A program made the translations under genes and the position numbers. The notes under the pieces are model-generated. The model saw nothing but the letters and a program-made list of their open reading frames with translations. It made no database searches and had not been told where the DNA came from. A DNA stretch of 63,867 bases, counting the filler, from Octopus bimaculoides (Eukaryota), in the NCBI RefSeq assembly GCF_001194135.2. It is 5 parts of 5 records of this genome, joined end to end, with 100 filler letters (N's around TTAATTAATTAA, not from the genome) between each part and the next. Parts side by side here need not be neighbours in the genome. Positions count along the whole stretch, not along the records: positions 1 to 22,684 come from NC_068990.1; 4 more parts are not named here. One strand, written 5' to 3'. Of the stretch, positions 1 through 13,139 are shown in pieces. The stretch's first letter is position 1. Each line of letters opens with the position of its first letter.

Positions 1-70
1 TATATATATATATATATATATATTTGTGTGTGTGTGTAACACCACAGTAATGAATATATATATATATATA

Positions 71-111
<41 letters not shown>

Positions 112-116
112 CACCA

Positions 117-446
117 CAGTAATGAACATAAAAAAATATAAAAAACAAAAGAAAGAAATAGAAAATGTCAGACAGAAACGATATGATGATACTGCTAATA
201 ATTCCCATAAACTTAGGATGTCCTCATATCTGCCAAACTATTGTAGCGAAGCGACCAATTACTTTCAGCTTCAGTAGTCAGACAGCCCGCTGGCAAGAGG
301 CTAAACACAATGTGCGGGCTGATGGATTACACATATGATGTATTTATAAAGTTATATTTAAAAATTGGTTAGAAGAGGTCAGATGTGTATAAGCTGACAT
401 ATTCGTAAACGTATATACAGTTCATGCAGGTATACACACAGAGACA

Positions 447-508
<62 letters not shown>

Positions 509-540
509 NNNNNNNNNNNNNNNNNNNNNNNNNNNNNNNN

Positions 541-578
<38 letters not shown>

Positions 579-3500
579 GCATGCATATAGTTTATATATA
601 TGTATATGTATGTATGTATACGTATATGCATACACACGCATGCACACACACACACACACAAACATATAAATATATATTCACAAATGTATATACGCACATG
701 TACATACATGTACACATATGTACGTACACAGTTGCGCAAATTAGAATAAAGCCAAAGTTTAGATAATATAAAATAAAATTCAAATAAAAATTTTAATTCA
801 GTTGAAATAGGATAAAATAAAGTTTAAGGATTTATAATGAAATATAATTAAGGACAAAAAAAAAATAAAATAAAATAAGATCTCAGATCAATGATGTTGC
901 AAGAATAAATAACATTTAAAATAAGTCGAAATATATGTAATTTGACTGGTACATTTTTATTTTTATTTTTGCTACTACAACGTATGTTTAAATTTAGTTC
1001 TTCAATTTTAACCTTACGAATATTTTTGTATCATATAATTGCTAAAAGTTCAAGAAAATTTAAGATAGACCCAAAAAATATTGGGTTATAAATTATACCT
1101 TTGAATTTTAGATTAAATAAACAGTCAGCGAGAGAGTTACTTCGGAATAATCATCCTTTTATCTCTATTGCTAGGAATATTAAAAAATCTAAATTTTCAT
1201 GGCGCTGCTGTGTTTCATAAACTTAATGGTACTTTACAGTATATAAATTATAATTCCAACCATTCTAAATCTGTTTTAAATTGTCTCGTTAGAAATATGT
1301 TAATTAGAATTTCTCAGCTAATGAAAGAATTTTTAATGATAACGTTTCCTATTACAACTAAGCCTCGATGAGAAGTGGCTGTGATGAGAAAATAATGTCT
1401 TTAAAAACCAAACTCTAAACTCCCACTTGATCAAATAAATGTACTTTTTAAAACTAATACAGCTTCAAAGGTAACATTTACGAACTTAAAGGATAAAATA
1501 CTAAGACTGCCTCTATAACTAAAGATAGTTTCTATAATTCAAAATCTCCAATTATGAAAAATAATTCACTTCGTAAAAGTTTTAATTACAAAATTCGAGA
1601 ACAAGGAAGTGCATTAGTAAATAATAAACCGAGTGCTAATAACTCAGAGAGTTCACTGAAAACTAGTATTAATATTAATATTGTGTCTAAGTATACAAAT
1701 AAAGCACACAAACCAGTTGATGTACACGAAAAAAATAGTAATAACGGTAATATTAATAATATAAAAGCTTGTGTGTCTGATAGAAATACTACTTTTAATC
1801 AGTTCACTGAATCTAGACGAGTTGATAGAGTGGCAACTCTTAATACTATATTGTGTAGAAGAAATAGTAATGTTTATGTTGCCTTCACTAATGATACTCT
1901 CCAAAGACATGGTAATAGAAGAAGAAAACAGGAAAAATAATATTACATGGTACAATCTTCCATTCTTCATACGGGTAAAAACATTCTGTGCTGAGAATGT
2001 TCTTTAAAATTCACAAAAATTTCATCCTCACCACTAATACAGTTAAATTCTTAAAAGACAACTGTCTAAACATAACTTCGTGGCTACGATAGCAATATTC
2101 ATGCTATAAACTGAACAATAATACTAATAATGGCTTTAATAGTTTTATATCAAATTTAGCCACTCTGATGCTTAAGTCGAACTACTAAAACGAGTACGAA
2201 GACAAAACTTTAAATAAATGGAAAAATGAAATGATCAATCACATAAAACAATCATTCACTGCAATATTTCTTATAGTAATTATGCCACTAATAGTTTTCT
2301 TGTTGGTCTCCAAACCTGTGCAGGCCCGAAAACTGAAGAGTAATTTGTTTAAAAATGATCAAAACGTTAAGAACAATGAATTCGGTGTCACTGATAATTT
2401 TTCGTTAAAAAGTTAAGTGTCAGCGAAATAATGTATATAAATGTGCGGTATAAGCTCATAATTCAACTCAGTTTAAATCGATTTAAAGGTTTTATTCGCA
2501 TTATCACTCAATCTCTAATGAAAAACTTGAAAACTCAACCTCTCTCGCTGGATACATATTTAATCAAAAATTCAAGAGGGTTATTCATAATTTAAAATGA
2601 GTTGTCTTAAACTCTAAAATTTATCCAGAAGATAGGAAGGATCGTCTTCTTTGTACATGGGAAGCACCAGAGATTTTGAAGATTACGAAACAATAACCAT
2701 GAATTTGTTATTTAATGCAAGCAAACATTTTCTTAGACTTTAAGCAGTTTCATAATTCAAAAAGATCATAGGGTTAAAATTGAAGAAATAAACAGTGAAA
2801 CAAATCATACTAAGAGTAACTGAGATAATAGTAATTCTGCCGATATAGGATAAATTACGTACAGTGTGTTTGGACTTATTTTCCACTTATTCATTTTGGC
2901 TTCATCAATGATTTGATATTTTAACTTCTTTTAGTTTTAATTTAATTTTAGTTTGACCCTGAATTGTTTTAAATTATAATTCTTTTGATCAATTTTTATC
3001 TTACTTTCAATTTCAATTTTATTTCAATTTAAACCAATCTTATTTTAATTTAGGTTTTACTCTAATTTGATTTTTCGTGTGTATATATGTTATCAGCATG
3101 CCTGTGTTTATATGCGTGTGTATATATACTTGTATTCTATACACACACGCACAAACACACACACACACGCATAACGTGTGTGTGTGTGTTTGCATAAGTG
3201 AGTATATGCTGGTATATATACATTAACATACGCAGCTTAGATTATATCTATGTTTTATGTCTGGCTATATAAACGTCTCCATTTATGTATGTGTAGATAT
3301 ATGCTTCCATTTGTGCGTGAATATACAATTTGATACAAATTTATTTTTTTAGTGTGTGTATATGTGTGTATATGCGTATTTCTTTCTATGTCTGTGTGCG
3401 TGAATATATATACGTATATATATATATATATATATACNNNNNNNNNNNNNNNNNNNNNNNNNNNNNNNNNNNNNNNNNNNNNNNNNNNNNNNNNNNNNNN

Positions 3501-3732
3501 NNNNNNNNNNNNNNNNNNNNNNNNNNNNNNNNNNNNNNNNNNNNNNNNNNNNNNNNNNNNNNNNNNNNNNNNNNNNNNNNNNNNNNATAGATAGATGGAT
3601 AGACAGATAGATAGATAGATAGATAGAAAGATAGTCACGTCAGAATAATAGTAGACTTACTTGTAAAATAGGACGTGTGCGTTCAATAATGTAATAATAC
3701 AAAGAATATATATACATGCGTGTGTATGTATG

Positions 3733-3767
<35 letters not shown>

Positions 3768-4120
3768 GCGTGTGTGCGCGCACACACACACACACACACA
3801 CACCTACACACACATACACACACACACACCAACTACATATATATAGCTTACAGATATGTGAGTTTATATGCATCTGATCTCTACTTCGTCTTATCTATTT
3901 TCAAATATAATTTTATAGATACATCTCATTTGTAATTAATCAGCATGTTTAACCTGCAGCCAGCTGCCTGACTATTGAAGCTGAAATGAATCGGTCGCTT
4001 CGCTGAGCACAGTCTGTCAGATATGAAGACATTATCTGTTTATGCGAATTTATTAAGTCTCATTCTATCGTTAGTGGCTTTTGGGGTTTAGCCTTGCTTT
4101 TTATACTCATTACTATATTA
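117..4120. repeat. Large decayed inverted duplication (palindrome / foldback-like)
   Basis: Nested exact reverse-complement anchors: 245-256/3993-4004, 918-927/2873-2882, 998-1013/2772-2787, 1126-1136/2540-2550, with alignable sequence between them. Confidence 0.85.
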
Positions 4121-4281
4121 TTAAAATATAGCACCAAAAGACGACAAAGGAACGACAGAAGAACTGGAAAAATACACACACACAACACACACACACAGAC
4201 ACACACACACCACAACGGGCTCAGGCATGCTGAGTGTCTCATCTGTTATTGACTAAATATCATCACAATTTCAACACCTTA

Positions 4282-4319
<38 letters not shown>

Positions 4320-5043
4320 AATAATAAATGAGTATATGCATATATACGTACAAGTATGTGCATACCTACATCTACCTGTATATATAGGTGCATATCTGGG
4401 TACAGGACATTGGAAACAAAACGTAGACAAAAAAATAATAATAACCAGAGTACAGAAAACACACAGGCCACATAGAGAACATTTTCCTTCATCAGCTGCC
4501 CCCACAGGCGTTTCGAAGAGATACATACACCAGTAACAATGAGTTTTCATACGGTGAAAACGTATTTGACAAAACAACACATCATATACAACTATCTTCA
4601 AAATGTACATATGATTATTATTATTAATAATTATGTGGTCGTCAACGTTTGTGGGTGTTATTGAAACGGTTGTAGGAGTAGTGAAGCTTTTAAAATGTCA
4701 ATGCTATTGCTTGTTTTTAACTTTTTTCTTCTATGATTTGCTCTTGGCGTTTGCCATGGCGAATAATAAACTTTNNNNNNNNNNNNNNNNNNNNNNNNNN
4801 NNNNNNNNNNNNNNNNNNNNNNNNNNNNNNNNNNNNNNNNNNNNNNNNNNNNNNNNNNNNNNNNNNNNNNNNNNNNNNNNNNNNNNNNNNNNNNNNNNNN
4901 NNNNNNNNNNNNNNNNNNNNNNNNNNNNNNNNNNNNNNNNNNNNNNNNNNNNNNNNNNNNNNNNNNNNNNNNNNNNNNNNNNNNNNNNNNNNNNNNNNNN
5001 NNNNNNNNNNNNNNNNNNNNNNNNNNNNNNNNNNNNNNNNNNN

Positions 5044-5086
<43 letters not shown>

Positions 5087-5547
5087 TTGATGTCTATTTG
5101 CGTGCATGTTGCGTGGGTGTAGATGCAGGTATAGCCGAATGGTAAAGAAGTTGTATTTACCATCTCGAGTATTTTGGCTAGATTCCACAGCCTGGCATTT
5201 TACGCAAGTGTATTCTGCCGCGGCCTTTCTTAGTAAATTCAGATGAAAACTCAAAGTAACGGTATTATCACAGTTTGCGTCATGTTGTCTATCTGGGAAT
5301 TAAGGGATTAAGGATACACTTGTCGTTGGAATACTCGACCACTTTTACGCTAATTTTCCGGCACCAATTTCATCGGTAAAACCGTTAAAACCGACAGAAG
5401 ATCAATAAATGTATGTGGATGTGTCTGTAGATGTGTGTATGTAAGTGTATATGTATGTAAGTGAGAAGAGGGACAAAGAAGTTATCAAACGTTTGTTTGG
5501 CAGTAACTGGTTGTCACTATCGTGTACATACTCTATAGATTACATAC

Positions 5548-5617
5548 CTGGTGTACCAGCAATGAACTTCTGCTCAGCCAAGTCAATAGCACCCATCAAT
5601 ACTCTTGTGTAACATTC
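5548..5617 (-). CDS. XPNPEP: Xaa-Pro aminopeptidase internal exon, last visible
   Basis: Acceptor tttatttccaaataatag, donor G|gtatgt; 70 nt, phase 0-1; ECYTRVLMGAIDLAEQKFIAGTP(G). The following HGTGHG exon is not in readable sequence. Confidence 0.93.
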
Positions 5618-5984
5618 CTATTATTTGGAAATAAAAAAAACGTACTGGTCAGGACATCTTTTCAAGAAAAATGTAAACACACACCTATCTATGGTGTTTA
5701 CGTTTACAAACCAAACAAACTTGTACTCAGTCTCATGTAGGAAGCAATTCTGATTCACTCCTCTCATACAAATTTACCTGTTGAGGCAATATTAGGATAG
5801 TAGATGAAGCAGTGTATCTGCTACTTACCAGCCAGGCTGATTGTTATTGATCGAAGTGGTCAGATTGTTGAATATATAGCTTTCCAAAATGCCATTATTG
5901 CTCGTTGGATTGTTATAGTAGAAGGGGAAAAAGTCACGAACGTCATTGAATCTTTCGGCCGCGGATTTGAAGAGGCAGGCAGTG

Positions 5985-6290
5985 GATTTCGACTTTAAGG
6001 AAGTTATCTCTACTGACAACGACGTGTTAATACTTCACTTCTCCAGTTAAGTGATCTTGCTGGCTATTTTAATATATTTTTATAATCTGCAATTTCAGAA
6101 TCCATTCAAATATGAAATTGCTTTGTCGACGTTGCTCCATGTTACCGGAGTATCTTCCACGCCATAGGCCCACAGTTTCCAAACGAATTTGGACAAGAAT
6201 GTGGAGTTTTTCCTGTTCCTTTGTATGAATCAGTTTAGATGATGGTAATATCGGTTTTCGAATGTATTTACAGTCAATCAAAAATTATGT
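5985..6290 (-). mobile_element. Penelope-like element remnant (GIY-YIG C-terminal region)
   Basis: Translation with stops: NSTFLSKFVWKL...TWSNVDKAISYLNGF*NCRL and LNWRSEVL, resembling the PLE STxLSKxxWKL...WS...KA..Y...C.LC and LLNKRSE motifs. Confidence 0.55.
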
Positions 6291-6347
6291 TCGTGTCCAT
6301 TCAATATTGTTTTGTCAATTTCCTCTCCGGTTCGAAGTGTAAGTTAA

Positions 6348-6551
6348 CCCTTTAGCTATCAGATTATTCTGTTATTTATTCACATTTTGAATTAATCATG
6401 GAATATTATGTAACTTCAAGAGTTTGATGTTGTGGTAGTTTATTTTTAGAATGACATTGTAGAATAGGTGCGAGGGGCTAGAAATGGTCAATTTGAACAT
6501 AAAGCAGGTAGAATATTTTGGCAGGATATAGCCGGTTGAAATGCTAAAGGG
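6348..6551. mobile_element. piggyBac-type MITE
   Basis: TIRs CCCTTTAGC / GCTAAAGGG flanked by TTAA at 6344-6347 and 6552-6555; 204 bp. Confidence 0.8.
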
Positions 6552-6866
6552 TTAATCAATCCGTTCAAAAGTCAATTCAGATAGTAAGTGCGTTCTCGAT
6601 GTAGTTAACCTCAACATTGAGAGTTCTACAGATTCTACAATGCAATGAAGTGTCTCAGTTATTAAATGGTTTCACAGCACTAAAAACAAATCATCATTTC
6701 TTTATCATTCCATCGCTTGAACCCATTACTAGTAACTTATTGAACCTCACTACTAAGCTGGGTCCGTCTGGGGTTAAGCTGTCATTCAAGGTGGTATAAC
6801 TAGTTGTTACCATGTCTCCCTTAAATCACACATTTTGCTTGCGATAGCGAATTTTCTTAAACCTGG

Positions 6867-7214
6867 TGTGAAGGCGCATGGCTCAGTGGTTAGAGCATCG
6901 AGCTTACGATCGTGAGGTCGTGAGTTCGATTCCCGGACCGGGCTGCTTGTTGTGTTCTTGTGTTCTTGAGCAAGACACTTTATTTCACGTTGCTCCAGTT
7001 AATTCAGCTGTAGAAATGAGTTACGACATCACTGGTACCAAGCCGTATCAGCCCCTTTGCCTTTCCCTTGGATAACATCCGTGGTGTGGAGAGGAAAGAC
7101 TGGTATGCACGGGTGACTGCTGGCCTTCCACAAACAACCTTGCCCGGACTTGTGCCTCGGAGGGTAACTTTCTAGGTGCAATCCCATGGTCATTCATGAC
7201 CGAAGCGGGGTCTC
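6867..7214 (+). mobile_element. tRNA-head SINE, family D (my label)
   Basis: A box TGGCTCAGTGG and B box GAGTTCGATTCC, followed by a body shared with copies at 10565-10889 and 47713-48053. Confidence 0.85.
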
Positions 7215-8349
7215 CTCATGGTGTGTTAAAATTTTAATGTCTATAAAAGTTCTATCCCTGATATGTTGTGTATACGTATACATGCTTGTTAGTTTTATGT
7301 AAAATGCTTAAAAATAAAACTCTTTGTAACATAGCATTGCATGGAAAGTTTTTTAAAAAGTCTATCGTGTCTCGCTTAATATCACTTTTGCGTGTCACTG
7401 CTGTTACGTATCAATATTCAACGTCTTAGCAAATCGATATGTTAGATATTGTAGCTCGGGATACACTATTTTTCTCTACCAAATTACCAGCGAATTTTTA
7501 TTAATCTCCAGTACTTTACTGTCCTATCTTAGAGTAGGTTTATTTCTCCTTTGCTTTCTCGATCGTTAAAAAATCTAAGAAGCATTTACATATTTACATC
7601 GTAGCGTTACGACTTGATCGAAAATTTTATATAGGCACGTCCGTGTTTAACTGTCTCAACACGGGAAGGACAGGAGGAAACGTTGTTGTTGATATTGTTG
7701 TTGTTGCTATTACTGTTGTTCATTCACATCTTTTGTCAGCTTTGACTGAACTGATCTACGATCAATGCGTTCCAGCCATGACCATCAGTATTTTACCAGT
7801 ATATCTAGGACAACATTATCCAGTGTGTTATTTCTGCAGCAATTCCGTTTTTTTTTTTTGTATATCAGGGACTACAACGTTGTCCAGTGAGTTCTTCCGT
7901 TTACAAGGAGTTAGAGTGTGATTCGAAGGGGGTTTGGCTACCGTTTCTAGCAGATTTAATGACCACGTAGATGTTCTCTTATTGGACCATGCAGGAAACA
8001 TTTTGGATATCATATTGGTTTGACTAATACCATATTATGAATGTATACAGAAAAGTCTACACACTTCCCAATCAAGGGTTTTGTGTGGAAAACACTAATG
8101 ACCTGTACTCACTCCACCCCCATACACATATTGAACGTGAGATCCCCTGTTTTAGCAGTCTCCAACCTTTATTGCACTACAGACCAGCTTCACGGACCGG
8201 GTATCATGCACATAACAAAACACAATAAAGTGCATAATATAGAATACAATTATTATATATATATTTATTTATTTATTTATTTATGGGTTTCAGCCAAGTG
8301 GCTGCGGTCATGCTGGAGCACCACCATATATAATACATCTTTTATTTGC

Positions 8350-8820
8350 TTTAGTCATTAGACTGCGGCCATGCTGGGGCACCATTTTGAAGAATTTTTG
8401 TCCAACGAATCGACCCTAGTACTTACTCCTTTTAAGCCTGACAATTATTCTATCGGCCTCTTTTGCTGTACCGATAAGTTACGGGGGCGTAAACACACCA
8501 ATACCAGTTACTAAGCGGCGGTGGGGGACACACACACCTCTCTCTCTCTCTCTCTCTCTCNNNNNNNNNNNNNNNNNNNNNNNNNNNNNNNNNNNNNNNN
8601 NNNNNNNNNNNNNNNNNNNNNNNNNNNNNNNNNNNNNNNNNNNNNNNNNNNNNNNNNNNNNNNNNNNNNNNNNNNNNNNNNNNNNNNNNNNNNNNNNNNN
8701 NNNNATATATATATATATATACGGCGGGCTTCTTTCAGTTTCCGTCTACCAAATCCACCCACAAGGCTTTGGTCGGCCCGAGGTTGTAGTAGAAGTCCAA
8801 GGTGTCACGCAGTGAGACTG
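8350..8820 (-). mobile_element. SINE family B copy split by its internal microsatellite and gap
   Basis: Reverse complement of the 5' and 3' modules of the complete copy at 53578-53997, separated by microsatellite and Ns. Confidence 0.7.
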
Positions 8821-9582
8821 AAGACACAGTCACTTTTAGATATTAAAAAAAGATAGGATAATCACAGCTGGAACGTCTTTGATTTTATGCATGCCCAACT
8901 ATATCTGCATTGCGGATTTACCAAGAACAATGTTTGTTTGTGTATGTCTTGTTTTCTATTTTGACAACTGCAAGGATTTGAATTCTTGGCAAGCTCGTTG
9001 ATTTCAAAACCAGCTTTGATGGTGACGTTGGTGGAAGTGATGATAGCAATACACTGGAATAATGGTTTCTTCGATGCCTATTTCGGGTTCTGTGGAGAAA
9101 GTGAACCTACTTCAGCAAGCTAACGTAGGTTATACGTTCACCTGACTGCTAAAGAACAACGAACTATAAGTGACATATTGAACAAATTTACAGAGCTTCG
9201 TGTGATCGCTGGACCCCCTAGAAATAGCAGCCAAATCTCCCTCAAATTATACCCGATCACCTTAAAAAAGATCATATTTGATAATGTGGTTCTGAGTTTC
9301 CCTCATGTAGGAAAAAGACGGGATGGTCAAGGGTGGAATGCATTTGACTATAGTTTTGCTCATTTAGGGTTGATCAGAAACTAAACTAACAGGTTGATAT
9401 GGAAAATGGTTTACTTGTTTTGACTACAATGCAGTATCTGTTACTAGATTCAAACCATCTATACTATTGGCTAGTAGTCTTATTCTTTATATACTCGACC
9501 AGCGAGTAAAATGACAAACAAAATGATGGAAGCTAAAGAAAGAAACAAATAACGAAGAAATAACAAAAACACAACAGCTTAC

Positions 9583-9643
9583 TCTTTCGTAACGTGTTGG
9601 TTCTCCAAAATGAAATGTTCTTGTCACATCTGTGGTACCATCT
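9583..9643 (-). CDS. XPNPEP: Xaa-Pro aminopeptidase internal exon with second metal-ligand Asp
   Basis: Acceptor tgatttttcgcag, donor AGA|gtaagc; 61 nt, phase 2-0; DGTTDVTRTFHFGEPTRYER. Confidence 0.97.
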
Positions 9644-9734
9644 CTGCGAAAAATCAGATTAAATAAATATTTAAACAGTGAATGAATGAGAAGTTTTGTT
9701 TCATTATTTGCAACGTTAGCTGAAACTTATAGTG

Positions 9735-10135
9735 CTTTTGGAGGAATGTATTGTATAAAACCAATGAGTGGAAACGCAAAAAGCATCAGGAACTGGTAGA
9801 GAAATGCTGGGACAGAAGCTGGAAGACGCACTATGAACCTATAGCTGACGGTTGTAAAGAGTTTGGAGGACGATCAATCTGCATAGTTCTCAGCTGGTTG
9901 GAGTGTACAGAAGAGGCAAAAAAGGGAGCCGTTCAGTCTGTGAGCGAAGTCATAATGCAAGCACCTTGGTGGGTTTGGATGAAGAGAGCTGATCCGTGAG
10001 TAGTTGTAGGGCGCAGATTTGGCAGAGTAGGGGCTGATCAAACTCGAATGGGGGAAACTGGATGAAAGTCTCTGATACTGAACAACACAAAACCGTCAAT
10101 GATACCCAAGTTACACGAGAGATGAGACATTTCAT
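9735..10135 (+). mobile_element. HERO/NeSL-like RLE non-LTR retrotransposon 3' fragment
   Basis: ORF 9751-9999 NEWKRKKHQELVEKC...WKTHYEPIADGCKEFGGRS...WWVWMKRADP resembles the HERO C-terminus (ANERKRxKYQELVEEC...W...EPIEVGCRGFxGRS...WIWIKR). Confidence 0.7.
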
Positions 10136-10310
10136 CTGGTCCAGGAGATGAGGCTTTGCACGTGGCAGAGATGGGAAACAGAGATACTTGAAAATCTCCA
10201 GCGGACAGCAGACTGTCAATCATTTAAATCTGATACAGACACAGACTAAACATCGTAATGACTGGAAAATTAATTAGGATCACCATCCACTTTGAAATAA
10301 TTATTTCAAA

Positions 10311-10522
10311 CTTTTGCCACAAGGGCAGCTTGGGGGAAGTGGGGGATGAGTCGATGACATCGACTCCAGTGTTCTGGTTGACTGGTACTTATTTTATTAA
10401 CCCCGAACGGATGAAAGGCAAGGTCGACCTCGGCGGAATTTGAACTCAGAACGTAGCGACGGGCGAAACACCGCTAAGCATTTCGTCCAGCGTACTAACG
10501 ATTCTGCCAGCTCGCCGCCTTA
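10311..10522 (-). mobile_element. tRNA-head SINE, family A (my label)
   Basis: Reverse complement of AAGGCGGCGAGCTGGCAGAA...GAGTTCAAATTCCGCCGAGGTCGAC...CCTTTCATCC...GTACCAG; more than 10 copies in the window. Confidence 0.85.
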
Positions 10523-10564
10523 ATCCACTTGAAACAATAAAGTGAGTGCTAACATAATGTAGGG

Positions 10565-10889
10565 TTAAAGACCCCCTTCGGTCAAGAATGACCATGGGAT
10601 TGCACCTAGAAAGTGACCCTCTGAGGCACAAGTCCGGGCATGGCGTTTTTATGGAAGACCAGCAGTCGCCCATGCATACCAGTCTCCCCTCTCCATGCCA
10701 CCGTGTTATCCAAGCGAAAGGCAAAGGCCGATACAACTTGGCACAAGTGACGTCGAATCTCATTTCTACAGCTGAGTGAACTGGGGCCACGTGAAATAAA
10801 GTGCACAACATACAGTCCGGTCCGGGAAACGGACTCTCTGCCTCATGATTGTGAGCCCGACGCTCTAACCACTGAGCCATGCACCTTCA
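10565..10889 (-). mobile_element. SINE family D with target-site duplication
   Basis: 15-bp direct repeat TAACATAATGTAGGG at 10550-10564 and 10890-10904. Confidence 0.9.
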
Positions 10890-11382
10890 TAACATAATGT
10901 AGGGGGTAAAACATTTTCAATTAATTATATTTAACAACTGAATGGAATGGAACAACCCTTCTTTAGAGATAAAATTAAGTCGCTTTAATGTGAGATCGGC
11001 ATCTTGTATCGTATACAAACTAATAAACTTCAGTTCTAAACTATTGTTGTGGTGGTGGAAATATTGGAGAAAAATCTTCAACATGAAAAAAAAAAAGGTT
11101 ATAAAGCAGTTAAGCTCAGTTATTATTTAAATGAGTGCTAACTGGACCCCACAAAATTAAACTGATTAAACCACTGTTGCAATGAGAAAGGGGTAATCAT
11201 AGGTTGAATAACTAGTGCTAATTACATCTGGGTAAAGGGATTACACCTCTGTGAACTTATTATTTCAAATTTGTATTACACATGCAGCATAATGGCGAAA
11301 ACATAAGCTCGATGAGTAATCTGATCTTCACTATGCACTCTAATAACCCTAGACATGTTTTGATATTGTTAATCTTCCTTAG

Positions 11383-11600
11383 TAAGGTGGCGAGCTAACA
11401 GAATCGTTAGCGCGCCGAGCAAAATGCTTAGCGGTATTTCGTCTGTCTTTATGCTCTGAGTTGAAATTCCGTCGAGGTCGACTTTGCCTTTCATCCTTTC
11501 GGTATCGATAAATTAAATACCAGTTGCGTACTGGGGTCGATCTAATGGACTGATCCCCTCCTCCAAAATTTCGGGCCTTGTGCCCAGAGAAGAAAAGATT
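11383..11600 (+). mobile_element. SINE family A
   Basis: Family A head and body; TTAATCTTCCT repeated on both sides. Confidence 0.85.
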
Positions 11601-12574
11601 ATTAATCTTCCTCAGTGCAACAAAGCCTTTTTCAGTACTTGCTTGACCTAGGGATTTTTATATTGATATACAAGAAATGCACGAGTTAGCGTGACATAAA
11701 ATAATTTCGGGAAGTCATCTTCACTGCACGTGGAAGGGCATGGCTTAGTGTTTAGGGTGTTGAACTCATGATCGTAAGAATGTGGTTTCAGTTCCAGGGC
11801 TGAGAGATGCGTTGTCCTCGTGACCAAAACACTTGATTTTATGTTGCTCCAGTCCACTCAGCTGGTAAAAAGTGAGTAATCCTGCGACGGACCGGCGTCC
11901 GTCAAAGGCAGGAATATAATATAATATATATTATATATACGTCAGATAAACCGGCCCAGTATCCGTTAAGGGTATGCCGTTAAGAGTATGTCCGTTAAGG
12001 GAGTGATTAACCACCTGAACATTAATTTCACGTTCCGTTGATCGGATCAACTGGAACCCTCGCCAATTAGGACAAAATTCTCACATAGCCTTGACCATTG
12101 GCACCTGTGCAAAACTTGAACTTAAAACTCAAAGAATTGGAACAGATACTGAAAGGCATCTCGTCCCATACTCTAATTTTGCCAAGTGGCACTCTGTCAA
12201 CTGATACCTAAAGGATAAACGACAAAGTTGTTATCGACGGGATCCATACTTTTAGTAAAGAGTTCCAGAATGAATGCCAACGCCCTAAAAACTTCGCCAA
12301 TTCATGGTCTGGAAAGAGGTTGATTATACTCTTATCAACAAACCATCTCAGTATATTTAAACTTTTTATCAGCTGTTTCTTTCATTCTTCGCTGTGTTTG
12401 GATGAAGGGGCATATCCCTCGAGTTGGGCTTGATGTCGCTAATGTTCCTCCTGAACCGTTGCAAGTCAACACCTGTGGAAGTACATGAGCAGAGAGCGTC
12501 CAATAACACTGTACTTATTCCACGTCCTCGTGTTGTTGTTTTTTCTTGCTTGTTCATGTTTGAATTGACTAGAC

Positions 12575-12622
<48 letters not shown>

Positions 12623-12969
12623 NNNNNNNNNNNNNNNNNNNNNNNNNNNNNNNNNNNNNNNNNNNNNNNNNNNNNNNNNNNNNNNNNNNNNNNNNNNNNN
12701 NNNNNNNNNNNNNNNNNNNNNNNNNNNNNNNNNNNNNNNNNNNNNNNNNNNNNNNNNNNNNNNNNNNNNNNNNNNNNNNNNNNNNNNNNNNNNNNNNNNN
12801 NNNNNNNNNNNNNNNNNNNNNNNNNNNNNNNNNNNNNNNNNNNNNNNNNNNNNNNNNNNNNNNNNNNGTAAACACAATCGCACCGCCGACCAGCAATGAA
12901 AGACAAGAACAAAACATATACATACATACACATTTATAAATGCATACATACATGTATGTGATTGTGTTT

Positions 12970-13020
<51 letters not shown>

Positions 13021-13139
13021 TCGGTGTGTGCGTGCGTGTAATAAGCTTCCACCCAATTTCCCTGTAGCAAATCACGTAGTCCCAAAGTAAAACTTCTTAA
13101 CCACACAACTACGAAGAAACGAATGAAGATTTCACTTAC

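Noticed and set aside
900-2650. Class A GPCR pseudogene suggested by YWVINY/PLNFRLNK, hydrophobic stretches and NSTSLAGYIFNQKFK
   Set aside because: The supposed TM3/ICL2 and TM7 segments are reverse-complement copies of the same DNA (palindrome arms), so they cannot be successive parts of one + strand gene.
5161-5300. Phase 1-1 exon candidate RQHDANCDNTVTLSF...AAEYTCVKC
   Set aside because: It has good splice-like signals, but the peptide does not match the expected next aminopeptidase P segment (ARxxLW...HGTGHG).
5825-6019. ORF ending at a strong gtaagt donor (FNDVRDFFPFYYNNP)
   Set aside because: The phase is incompatible with neighbouring XPNPEP exons, and the frame continues a stop-ridden Penelope-like remnant.
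6867-6945. tRNA genes at SINE heads (also 23372, 51410, 53578)
   Set aside because: A and B boxes are present, but each runs into a multi-copy SINE body; these are not independent tRNA genes.
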